Assembly: GCF_009914755.1 (NCBI RefSeq)
Contig: NC_060947.1
DNA from: the human T2T-CHM13v2.0 reference genome, Homo sapiens
Length of the DNA: 64,000 bases
Reading direction: 5' to 3' (one strand)
The notes under the pieces are model-generated. The model worked only from the letters and a program-made list of their open reading frames with translations, was not told the DNA's origin and did no database searches. This document shows positions 24,013 through 38,811 of the stretch, piece after piece. Positions within the stretch are counted from its first letter, which is position 1, and the number at the start of each line of letters is the position of its first letter. Position numbers and translations under genes: made by a program.

Positions 24013-25024
24013 CTGCCAAGGAGTTTTCCACAGCTGTTATAACATTTACCCTCTCACCAGCAATGTTTGAAAGACGCAGTTGTGCAGCCCCTTTGTTGAT
24101 TAGTGGCTCCTCACCATTGATTCCTTACCATTGGGACCTAGTACTCCTGGCTCTCATTGAATGGTGATGAGTTAGTCTGGAATGCAGCATAAAACCTTTT
24201 CAAAGGAGGGAAGCATATTAGATATTGTCTCAGTGAACATAAGGATCATAATAAGAGAAGTGGTGTTTGCTAGTTGTCAATTAAATATGAGGGCCAGGGA
24301 AGGCAGAAAAAAGAAATCCTTGAGGAAGGAGCTTCTTTTCTTTCACCTGATTTGTTCTTTAAGGCTTTATAAGACACTGCAACTAATTTCTGGATTGTTC
24401 TGACTGGTTATTTAATCTGTAGATTTTCCAGGCCTTTCTTTCTCCTCTTTTTTCTACCTTCATTTACTTCACTGCTTGTTAGTATATGCACTGATGAAAA
24501 CTCACACTAAAAGCTTTACATTCTTGTTGATAACACTCATAAAGACTTGTAAAGACCATAAACTCAAACTCAAAGCAATCATTCCTGAACTAGGCCCTGC
24601 AGGAATTGGGAAGGAGGCTAAAGGAACTGGACTGGCTCCCATCCCCCTCCCCTCCCCACTGCGATTCTGGGAGGCAGAGTAAACAGGAAGTGGGGTATGA
24701 GGGGGAGGAGTAGCTGGGAGAGACACTCCAGAACAGTCTGCACATGCTCAAGGCAAACTCAGAAGGAACAAAGTTTTAAAACAAAGGCCCAATCCCTCCC
24801 TCTCTCCCTTCTCTCTTTCCTTCCTTCCCTCCTCAGCCTGTTAAGGTGCAGTGGAATCAAATGCAAGAACTCAGATGTGGTTCCAGGAATTTTCAAGCTC
24901 ACTGCAAAGACGGAGTATAGACAAACAATTTAGCAATACCATGAGAGAGATAATGGAGTTATGCTGGGCTCTGGGAACATGCAGGAGGAAGCTTGCAAGG
25001 TCAAAGAGTCTTCACAGAAGTGGT

Positions 25025-25400
25025 ACTTCATTCAGCAAATATTTATTTAGCACCTACTTACTATATGCCAGGCACTGGGCTATGTGCTGGCAATGATAGT
25101 GAACATTACACAGTCTGTACCTTAAAATGCTTATTGTCCAGAAGAGGTTACAAACAAGCAAAGAGGTAGTTACAATGCAGCCTAATAACTGCTATGATGG
25201 CTGGGTGCTGGATACTCAGGAAGGGCCCCAAATGAGGACTAGGGTTTGAGGAACCATCTCTTGGCAAGTAACCTCTGTGCTGAGATCTGGGGGAACAGTG
25301 TGGATTAACTAGGTGACAATGAGGTTGGAATGGATTCTCTGGGGCTGTGTCTAAGAGCCTGGGAGCAGCGATGGGCAGAGGGTGAGAGAGGAAGGCAATA
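25025..25400 (-). mobile_element. L2 3' remnant
   Basis: ttcattcagcaaatatttatttagcacctact...tgccaggcactggg. Confidence 0.7.
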
Positions 25401-25469
25401 CATGAGCAGAAGCAACATTATGAAGAAGGCTTAAAAATGTGTGAAAGACCTGCTTCCTGATAGTATGTG

Positions 25470-26065
25470 CTGAGAAGGACCCATCACTTCTGCCAAACAT
25501 GCATAACCTAAATTTAATCACGAGGAAACATCAGGCAGATCCAAATTGAGAGGAATTCTACAAAATATCTGATCTATTCTCTTCCAGAATGTCAAGATCA
25601 TGAAAGGTAAAGACAGAGGAACTGTTCTAGGAGAAATAGACACTTAAAGAGATAGGAAAATGGAATGCAGTATGTAACACTGGATTAGATCTTGGACCAG
25701 AAACATCAACATCTATATGTATATTTACACCTCTTTTGCTATAAAAGACATAATTTGCTTAATTGAAAAATATGAGTAAAGTCTGTATTAAATAATGATA
25801 TTGTAGCAATGCTAATTTTCTGATTTTGATCATTGTACTGCAATTGTGACAGTTATTTTTCTCATTTAGAGGAAGATATACACTGAAGTATTTATGGGTA
25901 CAGGGCATTGTGTTTGCAATTTATTCTCAAATGATTCAGAAAGAAAGCAATGAGAGGGAGAGAAGTAAAATTAGATATTTGGGTGAGGGGTATATGGACA
26001 GTTTTTGGCACAGTTCCTGCAACTTTTCTGTAAGCCAGAAGTTATTTCAAAACAAAAAGTTTTAA
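25470..26065 (+). mobile_element. L1MC/L1ME 3' fragment
   Basis: ctaaatttaatcacgaggaaacatcaggcagatccaaattgag; gcaacttttctgtaagccagaagttatttcaaaacaaaaag. Confidence 0.7.
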
Positions 26066-26459
26066 CAAACTGTGCTCAGTACTTTATTCAAGGACAATAG
26101 GAAGTGGTAGGCCATTGGAGGGAGCTGTGCTTAGAAAGATGTCTCATGCTGCAAGGTTCAATCCAGGGAAGACTCATCACCAATTTGAAGGCTCTTATAA
26201 TAATGCAAGTGAGAAATGATGCTGACCTCAAACAAAGTGGTGGCTGTGGACAAAGAAGTGGATAGATAAATGAGATAGTTAGGAAGTAGAAATCAAAGCA
26301 CATGAGGGGACTTTATGGAGATTTTAGAGAGAGAAGAGTCAAGGGTGGCCTTTGGGATTCTTCCTGGGTGACTGAGTAGGTCTATGTCGAATGCGTGAGA
26401 TAGCACTAAACAAAAGAGTAGATTTTAGAGGGAAGGATGGTTTTAGTTTTAGACATTAT

Positions 26460-26985
26460 CCCCAAACTAGCTCTGGCTGCAGCCTTTCTTATCTAGGTTG
26501 ATGACAACTCCATCCTTCCAGTTGCTCAGGCTTAAAACTTTGGAGACACCCTTGATTCCTCTCTTTCTCACAATCCACGTTCAATTTGTCAGGAAATTTT
26601 GTTGGCTCTGCCTGCAGAAAATATCAAACATCTGACACTTCTCACCACCTCCACTGATACTATGCTAGTTCAAACCACCATGATATTTCACCTGATCTCT
26701 TTGCATCTATGCTTTTCCTCTACAGTGGCCAGATGGATGTCACTATTTTAGAAGTGATATGTCACTCCTCTGATCCAAACCCTGCACTGATGCCTCATAT
26801 CTTTCAGTGTAAATGCCTTCCAAAGGCCTTCCAGACCCTTCGCAGAATGGCTTCAGTACTGCTCTGATCTTATCTCACACTCTTCCTCTTGTTTCCTCTG
26901 TTTCAGCCACATTGATGCCCCATGCTCCAGCCCTTGAGCCCTTGCTCTTGCTGCTCTCTTTTCTGGAACATTCTTTTCCCAGATA
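26460..26985 (+). mobile_element. L2a remnant
   Basis: gacaactccatccttccagttgctcaggcttaaaactttggagacacccttgattcctctc. Confidence 0.8.
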
Positions 26986-27500
26986 TCAAAGTAACAGAAA
27001 ACCCCAAAATAACAAATACTTAAACAAGATATAATTATTTCTCACTCTTCGATAAAGAAAATGTGAAGTTAAGCTATCTGGGAGTGCTATTGTGGCCCTG
27101 TGGTGTGCCATCCAGCCCTGGGCTCAGAAATTTATGCTTCCATAGCCTCAGTACCTCTCCTTAAGGATATTTCATGGCACAAGATAGATGCTGGAGCTCA
27201 GGATATTACGTCTATGTTTCAAGCTGCCAGCAGAACAGGTAGAAAGAAACAGAGGAGTACTAAGTAGTTGCTTTCAATTGAGACAGTTTCATCATAAGCA
27301 GCAACTTACTCACAACTGATAATTTAAAGGCCTTTGGAAGGAATTTGGCTTTTACATTGAGAAACTGTATTTAGTTGCTATGAAGGCTGGGACATGCAGT
27401 TGTTTAAACAGGTGGCAACAAGCCCTGATAAAAATTAAAGTTGTGTTACTAAGGAGAAAGAGGAGACTGGATATTGGCATAGGTAGCTAGTAGTGTTTGC
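26985..27500 (-). mobile_element. MaLR LTR (MLT1I/J-like)
   Basis: aagtaacagaaaaccccaaaataacaaatacttaaacaagat...aagatagatgctggagctcagg. Confidence 0.6.
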
Positions 27501-29628
27501 CATAGATCTTTTGTTTTTCATTTTGATGGTCTCACCATTCCCATATCCCCTGACAGCATGACCACAGGGTCTGGTTCCATGTGACCCATCTTCACTGTGG
27601 GAAATGGGTGGTGGGTAGCCTGGGTTTTGAGCCACACTGGTGAGGTAGTAGGAAGAAAAGACAGGCTAGGGTAGAGGATGTGGGAAGCCTGGACATGTAG
27701 GAAATGGGAGGAGAAATAAATGCAGGAATGAGGGCTCTGCTCTTTGATTAATTAAAGCTAAACTGAAGTTTTAATCTTGCTCCTGATGTTTATGCTTGTT
27801 TCTTTTTCCTCTGTAACCATAAACACTCAGGGTGGTCTCTTGGTGATTTAGCATGACAAGACCTAGTTGTTCTGCTGGGCCTGGGTATGAAATCTGTCCA
27901 TGTTCAGAGTTTCTAATATTTTTCATTCTATTTTCATTTTCATTGCAGGGAAGGACATTGATAATGCTTTCTAGCCATGTGTGAAGTTTTGCTGCAAAGA
28001 GGTAAAAAGGACTTACAATTACAGTATATTTCAATAATATATTTTCTGAGGCATAAACTTTTGTGGGACAGAAATATGTACTAAATTTATTTATTTTAAT
28101 AAACTAGCAGAATTAAAGGATTGCAGGAATTAAAACAAATAAAACCCAAGCGATCATGTCCTAGAATTTGGCATGTCCATAAATAACTTTTAAAAAGAAG
28201 GCAAAATATACATATTACAATATATCTCATAGAAAAGACTTTAGGGATATCCAACATTCTCCAACCACTGGTCATCTCTGCCTGAGTGACAGGAGGACTC
28301 TTATTTTTTGTTGTCTCATTTTAAAATTATTGATTTGTATAATTTTTAAATGTACATAAAGCCCCACCCTTAAACCCAAGGCAGGACAAATAGCTAAGGG
28401 ATGATGAATATTACTCAATGAGGAGGCAGCTAACACGTGAATGCTTTTGTGGGACACAAGCCATGCAGCCTGTGGCACTGCAGTGGTGGCACATGTGTTG
28501 GAGGTAAGGGGAGCCCGTACTTATCCCAACTCTTGAGTTACCAAGAAACTCTGTTCTAACTTGGTACAAACCAACTTTGGGGGAAGTGTGGTATGGTCAA
28601 ATAGTTTCCTATTCTATTGTAGGGGTAATGGCTAAGCAGAGGCCCCTGTGTTTTTCTAATAAAAAGCCCAGGGCACAATAATCAGATTGTTGCCAACCCA
28701 AATAATTAGTTCTAACATTTCCGACTTACCTATTTTGAGAAAGACTGGAGGAAGAATAGAGATCTTTAAGGTGACGAACACTTGGAAATGAAGATTCTTC
28801 TAAACCTCTAAGGCAACAGTAATATGGACACCTGGCAAAACATTTAAATGTATGTTAAGTATTTAGCAAAATAGGAAGGTAAACGATGGGGATTAAATAC
28901 TGAACTGTGGAGAAATGGAGACAGAGAAGATGAGACAGCACGATTGGTGTAGAAGGCAGCTCTCATGATGGCAATGAGACTGTGAGGAGCACAGCATAGC
29001 TGAGTAGGATGAGCCTGCTGTTCAGGAAAGGGAGGGAGTCTATGCACATGGTCAGAGCCATGGTCTATGAGACTAGAGGAAGGGAGAGAGTCTAACTCAA
29101 CATGTTTTTGTCTGGAAGATGCCTCTCAGAAAGGTAGAAATAAAGGTCTTGATGTCTGGTTTTTTGTTTTTTTTTTATTTTTGTAAGATCAAACACATTC
29201 CTACCTCAGCAAGCTAATTCCTTTCCCAAAGATGTGTTTGTAGTTCTGTGGAAATAGCCTAATTCTGTGATATAATGCCTGGTAGGAATTCTAGCCTTTT
29301 CTCTATAAAGGTCAGTTTCTCACTAGCAGTTCTTCTCTCATGGAAACAGAGATCTGATGATTATTCCAAGAGAAAATAATTGTCTACATTTGTTGATTTA
29401 AGCATTTTGCCAAAAGAAACCATTTCTTCTCTCAATTGAGAAAATGGTCTCATCTAAAAAATCATTATTTAATATGGTAGAAATTTTCATTTCAAGATGA
29501 GACTATGATTCTGTGCATTCATGGGCACCATGTCTTGATAGGTCATGACAACATGAGCATCCGTGTTAAATAAGAAAGAAGCCCTTTGATTGGACATTAT
29601 GTCTTAACTCAGGTAATAATGTTACCTC

Positions 29629-29971
<343 letters not shown>

Positions 29972-32154
29972 TTAATAGTAGGACAATTTATTTATTTAGG
30001 CTGTTTTAACAATATAACTATCTTTACTCATTCTGGGCATCATGGTTTTTAAAATATGGTTTATTCAGATATGTTTGCAGGTATTATATTTTTATTCAAC
30101 TTGAAAGAACAGTGTCTTTTGTTTTTAAATCATGAAAGTTAAAATTTACAAAAATAATCCACTGTGTTACTTGACTCTGATATTTTAATCACCTAAGTCA
30201 AAAAAGTCAAGGTTGCTCTCTCGTGGCAAATATAAATTGCAGATGACCTTGCTGTTTATTTCTATCTATTCATAGGATAGATTAGAGGTTTTACAAAATC
30301 TTCAAACTAAGAGAGTTACTGAGGTGCATACTATTAAGGTAACATGAAAAACGTCACCACTCATAGGTTTTCCCCCGGTTGAAAAGCAGATGAGTTTATG
30401 ACTTTAAAACAATCACCCGAATAAGGGATGTATCTCACAGAGGGATATTGTGTGGGAAGAAATGTGTCAAATACTGAGAAACCAGATATAAAAAGAGTAA
30501 TATGATACATGGAGAAGAGGTAAATATGTTAATCTTGACTATATGAAAAGTAATGACCTAAGAGATGACCTATTTATCCCTTAGGAAGAGGACCGATGTG
30601 CTTTGCTAGAATGAAGCTTTCTCCAACAATAGTTGTATCCCTTCTCAGCTTCTTATGATGGTTTCACACTAAGGTGGCATATATTTCCTGGAAATATTTC
30701 TTTCTTCCCAAAGCAATTAAAAATGCAGGCTCACTTTTAAAAGTCTCCTATGAGAATTAACTTGCATATGATACTTAACAACTTAGTAAACATTAAAGTG
30801 TCATAATGATGCTGAACCTTACAACAGGGGTACATAAGTCTACCTGAAGATAAAGATGTAAAAGGGAATGCTAAATATTCATCAGATTGTAACTAAAATC
30901 ATAATAATAAGACATATTGGTATTATAGTTCTTATAAGTTAAGTAGTAATTCTATGTAAGAAAATAATTTAAGAAGTGCTTCTAATCTAATATTCCACCT
31001 CCCCAGGATTACTTGGAAGTAAGTTAAAAACCCTGATGAAAAAGTTGTTTATATAAATGTATGCAGTATATTATTTATGTGTGTATTGAAAGCCAGACAA
31101 TGAAATTCATAAAAGATTAGAGCTAAAATGAACCTTAGGGATCACCTAGTATATTTTCCATCAACTAATTTGTGACAAAGGCAAGACTAGAATTTAGGTC
31201 TCTCAACTTACAGATCTTTTTCTTTCATTACATTGAATTCTTTGTTGTCCCTATTTAAATTATTTAATTTGCTCAGAAAATTAATAATTTTACCATATTA
31301 TTTTACAATTTTATCCTTGGAGATGAATTTCTAAAATTTTGGGGATATTAGTTACTGGTTTCTATGGGAAGGGATCATTTCATAATGTGTATAATAAAAA
31401 ATTTTTCAGGCTAAGAAATAGGTTTGTTTACTTCACACATGGGCTAGGAATGCTTACTAGCAAGATAAATCTCTACTTTTTACATTGAAAAGATCTTATT
31501 TTTATTTTATGAGTTTTGTAAACTTTTTCTTCCTTGATGGTAATTTTGAGCCCCTATATAAATCAAAAATTAAACTCTCAAACCTATTGTAAGAGCGTAA
31601 ACATTCAAAGTTTTGGTACTACAACTTTAAGGAAAATCTAAAGTCCTTTCTTTGTCGTTGTCTCATTCAGATCATAATAAATATTTCATTCCCAATTTAA
31701 TGGATTTGGCTTGGAGGTGCCTTACATAGCCATATTGTAATGTTCGGGTTTGGTTTGTTTTAAAAATTTATAGCAGTTCCAAGCAGAAGTTAGATCTGTT
31801 CTCACAACTGCCAATACCGCAGGCCATTTTCTATAAACATCTTCTCAAAAAGAAATCAAACACACACTACCCAAAGAACCAGAGACACAGCTGTTTCTGG
31901 TTCTGATCTTAAGAGCCATCAACTTTTGCTTGGCACAGTGCAAGTGAGAAGGGAATTGATGAAGTCTGATCACCTATTCCAAGAAGTTCTGCCTGGGGAT
32001 GGAAAGAATGGAAGAGGATGTCTCTGACATCACCTTCTTATTTAATTCAAAACTTATTTCCTAGCTGAGATGAGAAAGTAGAAGTAGTGAGAGAATCCAT
32101 ATAGTTCAAATAAGATAAAATGCCATTTATTTTGTCTTTCTTTTTTTAAAAAAA

Positions 32155-32900
32155 TATAACCCCTTTGAGTTAAATGTATACTTGCCATATGACCCAGCAA
32201 TTCCATTTGTAGGTGTTCATCCAAGAGAACTAAAAACATATATCCACATAAACACTTCTACACAGTTTTCATTTTATTCCTAAAATCCCTAAACTGGAAC
32301 CAATCTAAATGCCCATTAGTATAGTATAGCCATACGATGGAATACTATTCAATAAAAAAGGAACAAACTACTGATACATAACACAATATGGATGACCTCC
32401 AATATTATGCTGAGCAAAAGAAGTCAGAGATAAAAGAGGAAATAAAGCAAGATTTTATTTCTATGAAGTTCAAGAACAGATGAAACTACTCTCTGGAAGA
32501 ACACATAAAAATAGTAGTTTTCAAGGACAGGTAGTGGGGAAATTGATTGAAAAGAAGCACAAGAAACTTTTGGGTTACTGCTGTGTCTTGATTTGGAGTA
32601 GTGGTCATGTGAGTGTATATCAGGAATTTCTCAATCTTAGCACTACTGACATTTTGGTCCGGATAATTTCTTCTTGAGGAGGGCTGTCCTATGTATTATT
32701 GGATGTTAAGCAGTGTCTCCAGCCTCTACCCCTTTTCTATTGTGACAACCAAAAATTTCTTCAGAAATTGTCCCCTGGGTGGCAAAATTACTTCCAGTCG
32801 AGAACTACTGGTGTAGTTCCTCAATCCCCATCAAAGTGTACACTTAGGATGGGTGCGCTCATTTTACTGTATGTAAATTATACCTCAATAAAGTAAATAA
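32155..32900 (+). mobile_element. L1ME 3' fragment interrupted by MER20
   Basis: ccatatgacccagcaattccatttgtagg; atattatgctgagcaaaagaagtcag; atgtaaattatacctcaataaag. Confidence 0.7.
32621..32810 (+). mobile_element. MER20 (hAT-Charlie MITE)
   Basis: caggaatttctcaatcttagcactactgacattttgg...tgtgacaaccaaaaat...gagaactactg with terminal inverted ends. Confidence 0.85.
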
Positions 32901-33365
32901 AAATAAGCCCTTTTGGGGAAGGGCTTATTTGGGCAAGAGTAACTTTATAGTGGAGAAATCTAACAAACACCTTCGCAGCCAGGTGAACAAGGTCAACATC
33001 AATAGTGATCAGTCATGTTGACAGTGTGTACCTTTGATGTGATGATGAGAAGAGAATGACACTTTATCTCTGTGGTCTTCCTTACAAAAATACATAACCG
33101 CAGTCTAATCATGAGAAAAACATCAGACAAATCCCAATAGAGGGGCATTTTACAAAATACATGATTAATACTCCTCAAAACTGTCAAGGCCATCAAAAAC
33201 AAGGGAAGTCTGTAAAACTGTCACAACCAAGAGAAGCCTAAAGAGACATGATCACTAAATGTAATGTGGTACTCTGGATGGGGTCTTAGGACAGGAAAAG
33301 GATAGTAGGCAAGGAAACTAAGGAAACCTGAAGAAAGTATGGACTTAGGTTAAAAATAATATATT

Positions 33366-35050
33366 GGTCAGACATGGTGGCTCACTTCTAGAACCACAGC
33401 ACTTTGTTTATTATTATTATTATTATTATACTTTAAGTTCTAGGGTACATGTGCACAATGTGCAGGTTTGTTACATAGGTATACATGTGGCATGTTGGTT
33501 TGCTGCACCCATCAACTTGTCATTTACATTAGGTATTTCTCCTAATGCAATCCTTCCCCCAGCCCCCCACCCCCCGACAGGCCCTGGTGTGTGATGTTCT
33601 CCGCCCTATGTCCATGTGTTCTCATTGTTCAACTCCTACCTATGAGTGAGAACATGTGGTGTTTGGTTTTCTATCCTTGTGATAGTTTGCTTAGAATGAT
33701 GATTTCCAGCTTCATCCATGTCCCTGCAAAGGACATGAACTCATCCTTTTTTATGGCTGCATAGTATTTCATGGTGTATATGTGCCACATTTTCTTAATC
33801 CAGTCTATCATTGATGGACATCTGGGTTGGTTCCAAGTCTTTGCTATTGTGGATAGTGCTGCAATAAACATACGTGTGCATGTGTATGTATAGTAGCATG
33901 ATTTATAATCCTTTGGGTACATACTCAATAATGGGATGGCTGGGTCAAATGGTATTTCTAGTTCTAGATCCTTGAGGAATGGCCATACTGTCTTCCACAA
34001 TAGTTGAACTAATTTACACTCCCACTCAAAGTGTAAAAGTGTTCCTATTTCTCCACATCCTCTCCAGCACCTGTTGTTTCCTGACTTTTTAATGATTGCC
34101 ATTCTAACTGGTGTCAGATGGTATCTCACTGTGGTTTTGATTTGCATTTCTCTGATGGCCAGTGATGGTGAGTATTTTTTCATGTGTTTTTTGGCTGCAT
34201 AAATGTCTTCTTTTGAGAAGTGTCTGTTCATGTCCTTCGCCCACTTTTTGATGGGGTTGTTTGTTTTTTTCTTGTAAATTTGTTTGAGTTCTTTGTAGAT
34301 TCTGGGTATTAGCCCTTTGTCAGATGGATAGATTGCAAAGATTTTATCCCATTCTGTAGGTTGCCTGTTTACTCTGATGATAGTTTCTTTTGCTGTGCAG
34401 AAGCTCTTTAGTTTAGTTAGATCCCATTTGTCAATTTTGGCTTTTGTTGCCATTGCTTTTGGTGTTTTAGTCATGAAGTCTTTGCCCATGCCTATGTCCT
34501 GAATGGTATTGCCTAGGTTTTCTTCTAAGGTTTTTATAGTGTTAGGTCTTACATTTAAGTCTTTAATCCATCTTGAGTTAATTTTTGTATACAGTGTAAG
34601 GAAGGGATCCAGTTTCAGCTTTCTACATATGGCTAGCCAGTTTTCCCAGCACCATTTATTAAATAGGGAATCCTTTCCCAATTTCTTGTTTTTGTCAGGT
34701 TTGCCAAAGATCAGATGGTTGTAAATGTGTGGTGTTATTTCTGAGGCCTCCGTTCTGTTCCATTGGTCTATATATCTGTTTTGGTACCAGTACCATGCTG
34801 TTTTGGTTACTGTAGCCTTGTAGTATCGTTTGAAGTCAGGTAGCATGATGCCTCCAGCTTTGTTCTTTTTGCTTAGGATTGTCTTGGCTATGTGGGCTCC
34901 TTTTTGGTTCCATATGAACTTTAAAGTAGCTTTTTCCAATTCGAATCACAGCACTCTGAAAAGCTGAAGTGGGAGGATCACTTGAGCCCAGGTGTTGGAG
35001 ACCAGCCTGGGCAACATAGTGAGAGCCCCATCTCTACAAAAAATTAAAAA
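33366..35050 (+). mobile_element. FLAM/Alu monomer split by L1 (33366-33406 and 34943-35050)
   Basis: ggtcagacatggtggctcac...cacagcactttg continues after the L1 as cacagcactctgaaaagctgaagtgggaggatcacttgagcccagg. Confidence 0.85.
33407..34942 (-). mobile_element. 5'-truncated L1PA (about PA6-PA8): ORF2 C-terminal third plus 3'UTR
   Basis: ORF 33671-34939 is L1 ORF2p ([35 protein letters not shown]); (TTA)n tail; 16-bp TSD with 2 mismatches. Confidence 0.97.
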
Positions 35051-36716
35051 GGAATAATATATTAATATTGGTCCTTAAATCCCAGCCAATGTACCACACT
35101 AACGTAAGATGTTAATAGGAGAAACTGTGTGTGGAATATATGGGAACACTGAACTTTCTATGCAATTTATCTGTAAATCTAAAATTATTCCTTTTTATTG
35201 AATCAAATTAAATCCTACTCAGCCCTAACATGACCAGAGCAGGTTTTAAGATCATTCATGAGATCAAAGGACTAGGTGTAGATGACAATGACTTAATAAA
35301 ATGCTGTTTTCATGTTTGTGGTTTGCAGTATTATGAACAAAAAAACCCAACAAACTTACCAAAAAGCGCAATCTGTAGATTTCAGAATGCTATATAAGTT
35401 CAGTGTCAACTCTAAAAGGGTTTGTTTATATAAAAAATTTCATGTTAAAAATTAAGCCCCTTGATAGGTCATTGGATGGGAAGAAAGAAAAAAAATTTAA
35501 AAAAAGCCCTTTTAGAATTGACATTGAGTTTATGTAGCATTTAGAAATCTACAGACTTGTATGAACAACTACATGCCAACAAATTGGAAATCTAGAAGAA
35601 ATTTTTAAATTCCTTAAGACATGCAACCTTCCAAGATTGAACCATAGAGAAATAGAAAACTTGAACAGTCTTCAACAAAATAAAGGCCATATATGACAAA
35701 CCCACAGCTAATGTCACACTGAATGTGGAAAAGTTGAAAGCCTTTCCTCTAAGATCTGGAACTAGACAAGGATGCCCACTCTCACCATTTCTATTTAACA
35801 TTGTGCTGGAAGTTCTAGCTAGAGCAATTGGGCAAGAGAAAGAAATCAAAGTCATCTAAATTGGAAAGGAAGAAACTGAATTGTCCTTCTTTGCAGATGA
35901 CATGATATTATATAGAGAAAATCCTAAAAGCTCCACCAAAACACTAATAGGACTAATATTTCAATTCAGTAAAGTTGCAGGATAGAAAATTAACATATAA
36001 AAACCAGTAGTGTTTCTATAAGCCAACAGTGAACTATCTGAAAAAGAAATTTTAAAAAAGTCCTATTTGCAATATGTACAAAAAAAACCTTAGGAATAAT
36101 TTTAACCAAGGAAGTGAAAGTTCTCTCCAATGAAAACTATAAATCATTAATGAAAGAAATTCAAGAAAACACAAATAAATGAAAAAAATCGCATGTTTAT
36201 GGATTGCAAGTATTAATATCATTAAAATGTCCATACAATCCAAAGCAATATACAGATTCAGTGAAATTCCTATCAAAATACCAATGACATTCTTTATGAC
36301 AATAAAAGAAATCCTAAAATTTGTGTGGAACCACATAAGACCCTGAATAGCCAAAGCAATCGTGAACAAAAAGAACAAAGTTGTAGGCATCTTATTACTT
36401 AACTTCAAATTATACTACAAAGCTATAATAACCAAAACACTGTGGTCCTGGCATAAAAACAGGCACTGACCAGTGGAATAGAATAGAGAACCGAGAAATA
36501 CATTCATGCACCTACAGCTAACTGAATTTTGACAAAAACACCAAAAACACACATTGGGGAAATGACAGTCTTTTTCAATAAATGGTTCTGGGAAAACATG
36601 CTGAAGAATGAAACTAGACCCCTATCTCTTACCATATACAAAAAATCAACTAAAAATGCATAAAGGCTTAAATGTAAAACCTAAAGTTATGAAACTACTA
36701 GAAGAAAACATATGGG

Positions 36717-37030
36717 AGTCTGGGTGCAGTGACTCATGCCTGTAATCCCAGCACTTTGGGAAGTCGAGGCGAGTGGATTGCTTGAGCCCAGGAGTTCAAG
36801 ATCAGCCTGGATAACATGGAGAAACCCCATCTCTACTAAAAATACAAAAACTAGCCAGGCATGGTGATGGGTGCCTGCAATCCCAGCTACTTGGGAGGGT
36901 GAGGCATAAGAATCACTTAAACTCGGGAGTTGGAGGTTGCAGTGAGCTTAGATTGTGCCACTGCACTCCGGCCTGGGTGACAGAGCAAGACTTTATGTCA
37001 AAAAGAAAAAAAAAAAGAAAGAAAAATAGA
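36717..37030 (+). mobile_element. Alu (J/old S)
   Basis: Full dimeric Alu with A-tail inside the L1MA. Confidence 0.92.
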
Positions 37031-37398
37031 TAACACATGGGAAACAATTCATGACATTGATCTAGGTGGGATTTTTTTTGGATAGAACCTGAAATGCACA
37101 GGCAACAAAAAGCAAGAATAGACAAATGAATTTACATCAAACCAAAAAGCTTCTACACTGGAAAGGAAACAATTGATGAGTGAAGACAATCTGCAGAATA
37201 GGAGAAAATATTTGCAAACTATGCATCTTGACAAGGGGTTAATACCCACATATATAAGGAACTCAAATAACTCAATAGCAAAAAAACAAATATCTGGTTT
37301 AAAAATGGGGAAAAGACCTGCTCAAAAGAAGACACAAATGGCCAACAGGTGTATGAAAAAATGCTCAATATCACTAATCAACAGGGAAATGCACATCA

Positions 37399-38102
<704 letters not shown>

Positions 38103-38464
38103 TCAGCCATGAAAAATAAGATCCTGTCATTTGTGACAACATGGGCAAACCCAGAGGACGTTATTTTAAGTGAAATAAGCCAAGCACAGGACAACTATAG
38201 CATGATCGCACTCATATGTGGAAGCTAAAAAAGATGAAGTCATAGAAGTAGAGTAGAACAGTGGTTACCAGAGGCTGGGGAGAATAAAGGGGAAGCTGTG
38301 AAGGGGAAAGGCTGCTCAACAGGTACAAAATTACAGTCAGATAGGAGGAATAAGTTCTGGTATTCTGTTGCACAGTAGGGTGACCATAGTTAACTATAAA
38401 GTATTGTATATTTTCAAAAAGCCAGAAGAAAGGATTTGGGGTATTTTGTTTGTTTTTTAATTGA

Positions 38465-38811
<347 letters not shown>

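Larger units (their letters stand above)
32920..35190 (+). mobile_element. L1MC-type 3' fragment (32920-33360 and 35050-35190) hosting FLAM and L1PA insertions
   Basis: aagagtaactttatagtggagaaatct...aatcatgagaaaaacatcagacaaatccc; resumes after the FLAM as aatgtaccacactaacgtaagatgttaatagg. Confidence 0.75.
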
